Origin: an uncultured archaeon
GTDB taxonomy: Archaea > Asgardarchaeota > Lokiarchaeia > Sigyniarchaeales > SOKP01
DNA length: 22,414 nucleotides
Assembly: GCA_964447495.1 (NCBI GenBank)
Contig: CAYUTF010000056.1
Span: 1 to 22,414, forward strand
Direction of reading: 5' to 3'
In this document: one piece after another, positions 8,014 to 17,391 of the stretch
How the letters are laid out: every line of letters begins with the position of its first letter
How positions within the stretch are numbered: the stretch's first letter is position 1
Program-made: the position numbers and the translations under genes
The notes under the pieces: model-generated
What the model saw: only the letters and a program-made list of their open reading frames with translations
Told to the model about the DNA's origin: nothing
Database searches by the model: none

Positions 8014-8210
8014 GTATCTCAATTGATAAAAAAAAATTAACCTCTATAAGGATAGTTTAGATATCTTCAATCTTTTTTAATTAATATTTAGAAGTAAAAA
8101 CCAAAATAAGTTATGTGACTATAATGGCAAACAATTAAAATTTTGCATAATTTTAAATTTTTTGAGTCACACGATTAATTTGAAAATTTAATACTGAAAA
8201 GATCTTTCTT

Positions 8211-9098
8211 ATGATTACTGGATTTGCTATAATTTTAGATGAAAAAATACTATATGTCTCAAATAAAAAAAAATACAATTTTTTTGAGATAGTACTCTTT
8301 GTTCAAAAATTAATTACTAGCATCAATCCAAAAAACTCTTGGCGTTTATCCAATATATATTTTGAAGGAGAATCTGGTAAGGAACGTATGATAATCCACC
8401 ACGATTTCACTCAAAATGGTAAACATCTTTTTTTCTGTATTACTGGAGATTTTTTATCATACTCTGAAGAAGCAAATAATATGTTAAATGAATACGTGGA
8501 AAAAGTTAAAGCTAATTATGCTTCTGGAGAGATTATTCAAGAAGCAGCAAAAAAATCCGAATTTATGGTAATCATTAAGTTAATTACGGGATATTTATGG
8601 GATAAATTTCAAGAGTCAATAGAAGATGAAGATATCACTTATAAATGCAATAATACCGAGAATAGAATTATATATTGTGGCATATCTTCTCAAGGATTGC
8701 CTATTATTTCGCAATTATATGACAAATCTTTATTAATTAATCTTCAGCGTGATATTAATCATGAAAATATTGAATTATTTAGTTCAAATCTTTCAGCAAA
8801 GTTGGCAACGATTGCCATGAATACTCAGATTCGCGCAAAAACAAACATTAAAGAAATCCACTTTAATGATTTGGATGATAATGGATGTAAAAAACTTATT
8901 CTATATGGTCATATTAATGGCTATTCCTTAGATTTCTTTGCTTCAGGAGATTTTAATAAGATCAAGGAAATTTTTGTGGAATTAGAGGAAAAAATATCCC
9001 AAGATCAAATATTTCATCATGAATTCTCAGGAGACTTAAAACCTTTTCGTTCATTAAAAACCTATCTTGATGAAATAATACAACAATTTGATCAATAA
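8211..9098 (+). CDS. Hypothetical protein with two probable longin-like domains in tandem
   Basis: Both halves begin with a hydrophobic strand pair (MITGFAIILDEKILYVS; IIYCGISSQGLPIISQLY), then a helix, three strands and closing helices; ends in FSGDLKPFRSLKTYLDEII. Confidence 0.5.
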   Translation: MITGFAIILDEKILYVSNKKKYNFFEIVLFVQKLITSINPKNSWRLSNIYFEGESGKERMIIHHDFTQNGKHLFFCITGDFLSYSEEANNMLNEYVEKVKANYASGEIIQEAAKKSEFMVIIKLITGYLWDKFQESIEDEDITYKCNNTENRIIYCGISSQGLPIISQLYDKSLLINLQRDINHENIELFSSNLSAKLATIAMNTQIRAKTNIKEIHFNDLDDNGCKKLILYGHINGYSLDFFASGDFNKIKEIFVELEEKISQDQIFHHEFSGDLKPFRSLKTYLDEIIQQFDQ

Positions 9099-9129
9099 TT
9101 TCTAATAGAATGCTAATTATATGATAATT

Positions 9130-10431
9130 ATGAAAGCTGTTATTCTAGCAGCTGGAAAAGGTAAAAGGTTAAGACCTATTACTGCTACTAGACCTAAACC
9201 AATGATCCCTATTTCTGGCAAGCCATTGTTGGAACATAATATTCTTGGCTTAAAGAAAGCAGGAGTCAAAGAAATATTGTTGATTGTCGGATATAAAAGA
9301 GAAAACATTGAAGAGTATTTTGGAAACGGTAATAAATATGATGTAAAAATAGAATATATTACTCAACAAGAATACTTAGGAACTGCACATGCTACGGGTT
9401 ATGCAAAAGATTTCATTAAAAATGAATCGTTTTTATTGTTATATGGTGATATTTTAGTAGATGATACTGTTTTTGTAAGGATTATCAAAATATTTGAAGA
9501 AAGTAAAATTGATGGATTAATCTCATTAATAAAAGTACAGAATCCTCATGATTATGGAATAATATCGCTAGATAATAATAAATTTGTAACTAAAATAACT
9601 GAGAAACCTTCTCCTGAGCTTAACTTAGGAAATTTAGCAAATGCAGGAATTTATTTGTTTACTCCACAAATTTTTCAGGCAATTGATAAGACTCAAAAAT
9701 CCATCCGGAATGAGTATGAGTTTACCGATTCTATGCAAATTTTAATAAATGATCTTAAGGGTAAAATAATCGGTTTTGAAATTGAAAGTTTGTTTTGGAG
9801 CGATATTGGTTTACCTTGGCAATTGCTTGATGCAAATCATTATTTATTGGATAGAATAGAAGGAGAAATTTGTGGTAAAGTAGAAAAAAATGTCACAATT
9901 AATGGAAAGGTTTATGTCGGAAAAAGAGCAATCATTAAATCTGGTACCTACATTCAAGGTCCATGTTTTATAGGAGAAAATTGTAAAATAGGTCCGAATG
10001 CATATATTCGACCATACACTTCAATAGGAAATAATAGCCACATTGGAATGTCTGAAATTAAAAATTCATTAATTTATTCAAATTCAGCAATCCCCCATTT
10101 TAACTACATAGGAGATTCAATCATTTGTGAAAATGTAAATTTAGGAGCAGGAGCTAAAACATCTAATTTAAGATTTGATAATAAATCTATAAAGATGGAA
10201 ATAAATGGAAAGATTATTGATTCAAAGAGGAGAAAATTAGGGTGCATAATAGGACCGTTCTCTCAAACAGGCATTAACACAAGCATAATGTGTGGTAAAA
10301 TAATATATGAAAATTCTATTATTGGAGCTCATACTCTAGTAAATAAAGATGTACCATCAAATACTCTTTTTTATCAAGATCAAGACGGTAATATCGTGAT
10401 TAAACCAAATATTTTTACCAAAATTGAATAA
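9130..10431 (+). CDS. glmU: Bifunctional sugar-1-phosphate nucleotidylyltransferase / acetyltransferase (archaeal GlmU-like)
   Basis: MKAVILAAGKGKRLRPITATRPKPMIP, LGTAHA, YGD, EKP, then hexapeptide repeats with IGPNAYIRP and HFNYIGDS. ATG at 9130 preferred over 9121. Confidence 0.88.
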   Translation: MKAVILAAGKGKRLRPITATRPKPMIPISGKPLLEHNILGLKKAGVKEILLIVGYKRENIEEYFGNGNKYDVKIEYITQQEYLGTAHATGYAKDFIKNESFLLLYGDILVDDTVFVRIIKIFEESKIDGLISLIKVQNPHDYGIISLDNNKFVTKITEKPSPELNLGNLANAGIYLFTPQIFQAIDKTQKSIRNEYEFTDSMQILINDLKGKIIGFEIESLFWSDIGLPWQLLDANHYLLDRIEGEICGKVEKNVTINGKVYVGKRAIIKSGTYIQGPCFIGENCKIGPNAYIRPYTSIGNNSHIGMSEIKNSLIYSNSAIPHFNYIGDSIICENVNLGAGAKTSNLRFDNKSIKMEINGKIIDSKRRKLGCIIGPFSQTGINTSIMCGKIIYENSIIGAHTLVNKDVPSNTLFYQDQDGNIVIKPNIFTKIE

Positions 10432-10484
10432 ACTGTTAAAATTTATAACTAAAAATAAAAATAGAAAAAATGATAATATCCTTT

Positions 10485-12203
10485 TTATAACTTTATTTTC
10501 TTAAATTTACGCAATAACTTTGAAAATTGTAAATCTTTTACTTCAGGATTTAGATCTCTTAATGCTTGTTCTTGATAGGCAATAAATAATCTATTAGAGA
10601 ATAATTCCCAGTCTCGACAAATTTTTAGTGTTTCTTGATCGTTTTTCAATAAACTTTCACAAGAGACAATTTTTTTGAATTCGTGAGCATATTCATTTAT
10701 TAAATCATTATCAGCTCCTCTAAGTAAATCAGCAATAAAATCCTCTGGAGTATACCATTGAGCTACTCTTTGAAAATCTCTATGAATTTGTGTAAGTAAT
10801 ACACTTCTTGGACCTTCCCAGAGCTCCATTATCATAGCATCACGATGTAAACGTGGTAAAGATAAAAAGTCTTCCATAATTCCGTGTCCTCCAAAAAAAG
10901 AAATTGCCAAGCGTATCATTTTAGGAGCCTCATCTGCGACAACTATTTTTTGTAGCATTATTAATTCACGTAATCTAAAACGGCGTTTTCGCTCTTCAAG
11001 ATTTTCAATTTTTTCCATATCGCGTATTCCACTAATTAATTCTTCTCCAAAGTTTATATACTCGGAATATACTTTAAAAGCGCCCGCTGTTGTTCGTTTA
11101 GCATAGTTATTTAAATCATTTATTTGATTAATCATAAGTGGAAAGGAAGAAACGGGAATACCAAATGCTTTACGATATTGAGCATATAAGGAAGCTTCTC
11201 TTGCTACACGAAGTGCTCCAGCAGCCATACCAAAAGCAACATGTAATCGCGATAAAGATAATACAATTCCTACCACATCCGCTAATCCTTTTTCTAAAGG
11301 ACCAACGGGATAAGCTACTGCGCCATTATATGTTATTTCTGCTGTAGGTAATTCAGCAGTCCCTAATTTTGGTTTGAGTCTATCTATCGTATATGAATTT
11401 CTAATCTCTTTTCGTTTATTTCCTGGAAGCCAAGATGGTACGATAAAAGCTGCAATCTTGGTCGAAGATGCTGTATTTTTAGGTTTTGCTGTTACTAGAG
11501 CATAATCTGTATGAGCTGCTGAACAAAAAAACTTTTTTCCATAAATACGCCAACAGTTTGAAACTCCATCAGGACCTTCAGATTCCTCAAAAACAGCTTC
11601 AACGAGATTAGCAGGTACATCACTTCCTCCTTGTATCTCACTAACAAATTGAGCTCCTTTAGCATAATCCCCCTTAATACCTTCTCTCAGGTATTCTAAT
11701 ATCTTACTTGCTTGAGGAGATAAATTGGTTTCATATTTTTGTAACAACCATACTAACCCATGAGTACAAGCAACGGGGCACATACATCCGGCCTCTCCAT
11801 TTTCATATAATAAAAACATTTTCACAAATCTGCTCCAAGGAGTGTTTCTATTTGGATCAAACAAGCCTAAACTAAATATCTCTCGTTCCAAGGTTTCTGT
11901 TTCTAAACACCGTTCTATTTTATCAATTCTGTGATTAAAAGCATTATAATGTTTTAATTTAGTGACCTTCATGCGATTCTCAAGTTCATTCGCTTGGTTA
12001 GCTAAATCCTTCCATTTAAAAGAGACATAATTGGAAAGTGCACTCACATCTCTATTAATATTCTCGAATTCTTCTTCAGGAACATAATAATTGACTAATG
12101 TTTGAAGAAAATCGTCATCTAGATAATAATTAAAATTATCTCTAACGAATAGATAATCATCGAATGAATAGAGATTGTTACGATTACCTTCTTGATTGGA
12201 CAT
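10485..12203 (-). CDS. Acyl-CoA dehydrogenase family protein (AidB-like)
   Basis: CPVACTHG, AQFVSEIQGGSD, YGKKFFCSA, RLKPKLGT, RKAFG, GGHGIMEDF...RLHRDA...WEG. ATG at 12203 preferred over GTG at 12212. Confidence 0.88.
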   Translation of the reverse strand: MSNQEGNRNNLYSFDDYLFVRDNFNYYLDDDFLQTLVNYYVPEEEFENINRDVSALSNYVSFKWKDLANQANELENRMKVTKLKHYNAFNHRIDKIERCLETETLEREIFSLGLFDPNRNTPWSRFVKMFLLYENGEAGCMCPVACTHGLVWLLQKYETNLSPQASKILEYLREGIKGDYAKGAQFVSEIQGGSDVPANLVEAVFEESEGPDGVSNCWRIYGKKFFCSAAHTDYALVTAKPKNTASSTKIAAFIVPSWLPGNKRKEIRNSYTIDRLKPKLGTAELPTAEITYNGAVAYPVGPLEKGLADVVGIVLSLSRLHVAFGMAAGALRVAREASLYAQYRKAFGIPVSSFPLMINQINDLNNYAKRTTAGAFKVYSEYINFGEELISGIRDMEKIENLEERKRRFRLRELIMLQKIVVADEAPKMIRLAISFFGGHGIMEDFLSLPRLHRDAMIMELWEGPRSVLLTQIHRDFQRVAQWYTPEDFIADLLRGADNDLINEYAHEFKKIVSCESLLKNDQETLKICRDWELFSNRLFIAYQEQALRDLNPEVKDLQFSKLLRKFKKIKL

Positions 12204-12364
12204 ATTTTTCACATTTAAGTTAATAATTAATATTAGTATTGAATGATTTATTAAAAATATACTAATTATTTGACAAGGTATCTCTCATTATTATAGAAGA
12301 AGGGTAAATAATATTTTAAAATAAGCGATTTCATTAAAAATAAGGATTATATTAAATAATCTCT

Positions 12365-13171
12365 TTAAGTTTCTTCTTCTATCTCCTCTTCTTCAGACTC
12401 ATCTATATCGACTTCTTCTTCTTTTTTAGGAGTTCTCGACTTAGGACGAGCAAGTTTCTTAACGTTAATTCTTTCAGTTCTTTTTATCTCACTTTTTCTA
12501 CTTCTCTTTACATCTATCTCAACAATTTCAAAATCTACATCGTGAGGGACATATTCTTGATCTTCCCCACCTTCAGGAACTTGAATTAATTTGCTCTTTA
12601 TGATCGTTGAACTAGATAAAGGATAAATAGTTTTTGCAACTCTTTGAATCTGATTTTGAAATTCAGCAAAAATCATACCTGTAATAAATTTTTCATGATT
12701 AAGTGATCTAGCAAATTCTTTTAGAATCTCTCGTATAATTTTTCTAATCAGAATTTGTTGAGAACTTCGGGCTCTTCTAATAGTAGTACAAATTACAGTT
12801 AATCTGAAGCCATAACCATCTTTAGTGGTTAAATTAATAATTGATTGAATTTTAGAGCTTCCTCGATCAATTAGAGATCTAACGTAATCATTGGTGTATT
12901 GATGCCCTATAAAGATACTGCTGCATGATCTTGCTTCCGGATTGATTTGCATGACTTTAAATTTTAACTTCAAACTAATATCAGAGTAATTATCTGTAAA
13001 ATCAAATAAGAGATTTTCAACCGTTCTTCCTTTTAGATTTCCCTCGACCCCCAAAATCTCTCCTATTGGTTTAAAATTAAAACTTTTAGGTGCGATTACA
13101 GTATACCAGTCTTTATCTTTAAAAGATACTTTTTTAGTTTTAACTTTCCTTTTTCTTGCTTTCTGACTCAT
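12365..13171 (-). CDS. rps3ae: 30S ribosomal protein S3Ae (eS1) with long charged C-terminal tail
   Basis: KDKDWYTVIAP, GRTVE, DYVRSL, TTKDGY, RSSQQILIRKI, KTIYPL. Confidence 0.93.
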   Translation of the reverse strand: MSQKARKRKVKTKKVSFKDKDWYTVIAPKSFNFKPIGEILGVEGNLKGRTVENLLFDFTDNYSDISLKLKFKVMQINPEARSCSSIFIGHQYTNDYVRSLIDRGSSKIQSIINLTTKDGYGFRLTVICTTIRRARSSQQILIRKIIREILKEFARSLNHEKFITGMIFAEFQNQIQRVAKTIYPLSSSTIIKSKLIQVPEGGEDQEYVPHDVDFEIVEIDVKRSRKSEIKRTERINVKKLARPKSRTPKKEEEVDIDESEEEEIEEET

Positions 13172-13177
13172 TAGAGA

Positions 13178-13636
13178 TTACCTCGCTATGATAGTTCTTA
13201 TCTTTTCTGGATCATATTTAAAATCAGGAGCAATTTTTTTCGCCTTCTTATAATATTTAATTAATCGATAAATCTTCGATTCCGTTCTTTGTAATCCTTT
13301 TTTAGACTCAAGATCTTTATGATTTGACTCTAGATGTGACCTAAGCGCAAGCGCTTTTTTAACTAAACTAGTTAAATCTTCTGGTAAAGGAGATTTAATG
13401 TCACTTTCTTCAAGAATCTGGCTAATAGATTTTCCAGTTACTACTTTTACTAATGGAATTCCATATGAATCCCTTAATATAACTCCGATTTTAGACTTTG
13501 AATGTCCTCTCTTAGCTAATTTGATAACCTCATTCTCCACTCCATCTGCAGACATTTCGACCCATACTGGTTTTTCTAAACGAGCAGGACGGGTTGAACC
13601 CGATTGTCCTCGTTTTCTGCTATGCATTCGAGCCAT
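13178..13636 (-). CDS. rps15: 30S ribosomal protein S15 (uS15, archaeal/eukaryotic S13e type)
   Basis: MARMHSRKRGQSGSTRP, IGVILRDSYGIP, LPEDL, KDLESKKGLQRTESKIYRLIKYYK. Confidence 0.97.
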   Translation of the reverse strand: MARMHSRKRGQSGSTRPARLEKPVWVEMSADGVENEVIKLAKRGHSKSKIGVILRDSYGIPLVKVVTGKSISQILEESDIKSPLPEDLTSLVKKALALRSHLESNHKDLESKKGLQRTESKIYRLIKYYKKAKKIAPDFKYDPEKIRTIIAR

Positions 13637-13815
13637 GATTAACCTACTTTCACGTTGTATATTTCAATTTGAAATTATAATATTAGAATAAGTAAAGAAC
13701 CATTTAAAATAAAATTTTGGAATTTAATTTCTTTTATTCTGATTAGAGTCACACTAAGTGGATTTAAGTTAAATTTCTTCTAAATCTAAATAAAGATCAA
13801 GATACTATTGTAATT

Positions 13816-14400
13816 ATGATTAGTGAAAGAGAAATGATTTACTTTATAACCGGAAATGATCATAAATTTCACGAAATTAACGCTCTCTTTGAAAAAGAAC
13901 AAATAAACTTCCTCCTAAAGCAAAAGAATGTGTCAACTATTGAGATTCAAGCTAAAACGGTGAAAGAGGTCGCACTTTTTAAGTTAAAAAGTATTAAAAT
14001 GCATTTTACAAGTTCATATTTCATTGAAGATGCTGGATTTTTTGTTGATGAACCATTAAAAGGATTTCCTGGAGTGTATTCAAAATATGTATTGAAAACA
14101 ATAGGAAATGAGGGTATTTTAAAATTAATTAATGATTTTAGCATTACGAAAGCCCATTTTGAAACGATTATTGCGCTATACTATAAACCTGCCGACAAGA
14201 TAATGTTATTTGACGGTAAGGTTGAAGGTATGGTATCTAGTTCTAAAAGAGGTAAAGAAGGGTTTGGATTTGACCCTATTTTCATTCCAAATGAAATTCC
14301 TAATAAAACATTCGCTGAACTTACAACAAATGAAAAAAATAATGTTTCTCATCGTGGAAAAGCCTTTAGTAAATTAATTAGGTACCTTAAAGATAATTAA
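13816..14400 (+). CDS. rdgB: Non-canonical purine NTP pyrophosphatase (RdgB/HAM1, XTP/dITP diphosphatase)
   Basis: ITGNDHKFHE, EDAG, GFPGVYSK, GFGFDPIF, EKNNVSHRGKA (SHR motif). Start may be the second Met (MIYFITGN). Confidence 0.95.
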   Translation: MISEREMIYFITGNDHKFHEINALFEKEQINFLLKQKNVSTIEIQAKTVKEVALFKLKSIKMHFTSSYFIEDAGFFVDEPLKGFPGVYSKYVLKTIGNEGILKLINDFSITKAHFETIIALYYKPADKIMLFDGKVEGMVSSSKRGKEGFGFDPIFIPNEIPNKTFAELTTNEKNNVSHRGKAFSKLIRYLKDN

Positions 14401-17366
14401 AATGTCTGTCGAAAGATATCCATAATAGTTTGTTTACTTAATTTTATTAATATTAAATACATTCCTATAAATCCTATCGTTATTGATATAATAAAAACAC
14501 GCAATAACGCATCAAAGGGGATTGAAAAGACAATTGGTAATTCTGTGAACAAGCCAATATTGGTTTCCATCAAATAAGCACTATATGTTCCTATTAATGT
14601 TCCCATTGTCCCTGAAGACAGTAATATAATTATACTCTCAATTAAAAAGAGGTTTCTTACATTTCTTGTTTTCATCCCTAAAGATCTGAGGATTCCAATC
14701 TCAAATTTTCTTTCAATCATTATTGCATACATTGTACTAACTAAACCGAAAATAGCGATGGCAATTGCAAACCAAGTTATAATTTCCATCATCGTACTTT
14801 GTCTCTTATACATATCATTCATAAAATTTATTTTGGAGATAGCATCATCAAGAAAATAATCTTTATCAGAATACAATGTTCTAATCTCTTCCTTAGTGTC
14901 CTCAATGTTTTTCTCAGAGTCATCAAGTAAATTGAGAAAAATTTTATCAATTATCATATTTTGTTCTCCCGCATTTGTAACGTTCATTAAATTCATATAA
15001 TTATCTAAAGAAACCATAACGCCACCTCCTTCAGCGGACGCTTCTGAGCTTCTAAAGTTATAAAATCCAGGCATTCCCCCAGAGATACCTACAACATTAA
15101 GGATTAGAGGAGTACCCAAATCATTTTCATCTTGTGGATTGTAAAATGTAAGAAGAATATTTTCACCAATATCTTGTATTCCCAATCTATTAGCTAAAGA
15201 TTTTGCTATAATACATGTATCATTACGGTTAAAAATTTCACTGAATGAATAATTAAAACCACTTGATGGACTGCTCCAAATAAATAAATCTTTATCTATG
15301 ATATTGTAATAATTATCTTCAATTCCGATGAAACCTATTTCCAATTCATCATGTCGGGCAATATCTGATGCTATCACTTGATATTTTGATTGACGTTGTT
15401 CAGAATAAAATTCAAAAATATTTAAGAAAGCCTCGTTAATTGATTGCTCGTCAAAGCCCCCTCCACCACCCCCAAAACTATATGCTATTGATAAAATTGA
15501 AGTAATATCAAACATATTATAGAGTGAAATAGCTAAATCATCAATTCCAATTAATGACTTTAAATCGTTAGCCATTTCTAATGTAACAGCATCATTTTCA
15601 GCGTCCAGTCCCTGGTTAATAACGACTAGATCTGAACCATATTGAAATTTTAAATTTAAAGCCGTGTTTTCAGTTTCCATCTCGGTGACACTTGTAATAA
15701 AAAATATAAATGAAAAACTAAGAGCAAACATTACTATTGTGCTTGTATTTCTTCTTCTATTTCTCTTTAAGGATATTTTTATAATATGATAGTATTTTCG
15801 TATAAACGGTGATATAATACTCAATAGTCCATTTTGAATAATAGGAATGATCCCTACAGAGGCAAAGACAAGTCCAATTAAAACTGCTCCCAATAATCCA
15901 ATGAACATTCCAGCTATGCTCATGAAATCTCCAGTAATTATAATGTTAGGTAATAATATAAAAACAACCATCCCAATTGTCGCAATTGAAAGCCCAATTA
16001 AAAAGTTTCTAACATTCATACTCCCTTCCTTTTTAACTTCCCATCCCTCCTCTTTAGTATGAAAAGGAGTTATTGATTTAATAATATTTAATTTTCCCGT
16101 TTTTAAAGCGGGCAAAAGTGAAATTACCAAAGAGACTAAAGAACCAATAGAAAAGGCTAATATGATGGTTTGGGGTTGGATTACATAATCAAGGTTTTGA
16201 AACGGAGAACCTGTTAAAATAAATAAAGCATTTACTATTGGAGGTGTAAAAATTAATCCAATAATAACCCCTAAAATTGAGCCTGATACTCCGATCAGAA
16301 AACCTTCAAAAATGACCATTTTAACTGGAAAAGTTTTTTTTCCTCCCACAACACGCAGGATTCCGTATTCTCTTACCCTTTCTTCGCTAGAAGTGGATAA
16401 AATTGAATTTATTAGGATTCCCGTAATTAAAATAGATATTATTGTAATAAACCAAAAAATAATCGTCATTGCAATTAATAGAAATTGCTGGGCGCTTAAT
16501 TCTTCTAATTTGGGCATTGATACTGAAAACTCATTAAGGTCTAATCTTGATTGAATTTTTGTTCCTATAATACGTAATTTTCTTTTTGTGAGGTCAACAT
16601 CCCTTACATCGTATAATGATTGAGGATTTTCAACAGTTCCGACAATAAAGTTAATTTCCTCTCTTCCATGTGTTATTATGGACTGCGCTTGTTCCAAATT
16701 TACTATAATTAGTGTATTTTCTAATTCTGTAAACTTTAATTCTTGTCTACAAATTGCAATTATTTCTAATTCTACGGAATCTCCTAAATAGTTAACCTGG
16801 ACGTAGTCTCCTAGAGACACGTTTAATAGTTGTGCTGTATTCCATAGAATAACGCATTCTCCTATATCAGGTTCTCTATCATATATATCATCAATTTCAT
16901 TTCCTTCTGTATCAACTAAATTTAAATTTCCGATATGACCATTATTTGCTTCTGCAATGAAGTCTATACCATATAATTCTAAAGTATAATTTGACGAAAT
17001 TTTGTCTGAATATGCTCTTACAAGCATCATTATTCTTGGGAATAGTTCTTCTACCCCTTCTATATCATCAAGAGTTGTTTCAATAATACTATCATTAAAG
17101 AAAGGATTATAATTCAAATCAGTTTGAATTCGTTTTGATATCATTATGTCAGCATTACCAGTTGTGCTAGTTACAAGATCCATATAATTATAAGACATGG
17201 TATCATTAACCATTCCGATCGCAGTTAACAAAATAATAGATGTCATGATCCCTAGTATAGCAAAAATAGCCTTTGCTTTATCTCTTTTAATATTTAACCA
17301 TGCATGCTTGATAAAACGCAGTTTTATATTACTTCTAACTTTATATATTATATTTGCTAAGCGCAT
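14397..17366 (-). CDS. ABC transporter permease, MacB/FtsX-like, duplicated architecture (~10 TM segments, two extracellular domains)
   Basis: Two FtsX motifs (ERVREYGILRVVGG; ERKFEIGILRSLGM), about 10 hydrophobic segments, two large loops. ATG at 17366 preferred because TTG at 17429 overlaps the upstream protease gene. Confidence 0.88.
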   Translation of the reverse strand: MRLANIIYKVRSNIKLRFIKHAWLNIKRDKAKAIFAILGIMTSIILLTAIGMVNDTMSYNYMDLVTSTTGNADIMISKRIQTDLNYNPFFNDSIIETTLDDIEGVEELFPRIMMLVRAYSDKISSNYTLELYGIDFIAEANNGHIGNLNLVDTEGNEIDDIYDREPDIGECVILWNTAQLLNVSLGDYVQVNYLGDSVELEIIAICRQELKFTELENTLIIVNLEQAQSIITHGREEINFIVGTVENPQSLYDVRDVDLTKRKLRIIGTKIQSRLDLNEFSVSMPKLEELSAQQFLLIAMTIIFWFITIISILITGILINSILSTSSEERVREYGILRVVGGKKTFPVKMVIFEGFLIGVSGSILGVIIGLIFTPPIVNALFILTGSPFQNLDYVIQPQTIILAFSIGSLVSLVISLLPALKTGKLNIIKSITPFHTKEEGWEVKKEGSMNVRNFLIGLSIATIGMVVFILLPNIIITGDFMSIAGMFIGLLGAVLIGLVFASVGIIPIIQNGLLSIISPFIRKYYHIIKISLKRNRRRNTSTIVMFALSFSFIFFITSVTEMETENTALNLKFQYGSDLVVINQGLDAENDAVTLEMANDLKSLIGIDDLAISLYNMFDITSILSIAYSFGGGGGGFDEQSINEAFLNIFEFYSEQRQSKYQVIASDIARHDELEIGFIGIEDNYYNIIDKDLFIWSSPSSGFNYSFSEIFNRNDTCIIAKSLANRLGIQDIGENILLTFYNPQDENDLGTPLILNVVGISGGMPGFYNFRSSEASAEGGGVMVSLDNYMNLMNVTNAGEQNMIIDKIFLNLLDDSEKNIEDTKEEIRTLYSDKDYFLDDAISKINFMNDMYKRQSTMMEIITWFAIAIAIFGLVSTMYAIMIERKFEIGILRSLGMKTRNVRNLFLIESIIILLSSGTMGTLIGTYSAYLMETNIGLFTELPIVFSIPFDALLRVFIISITIGFIGMYLILIKLSKQTIMDIFRQTF

Positions 17367-17391
17367 AGTATTACTTCTTTTTTCGTGTTTT

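Noticed and set aside
12270-12275. TTGACA resembling a bacterial -35 box (another near 7996)
   Set aside because: Archaeal context; the 12270 copy has no correctly spaced -10 box and points antisense to the flanking genes.
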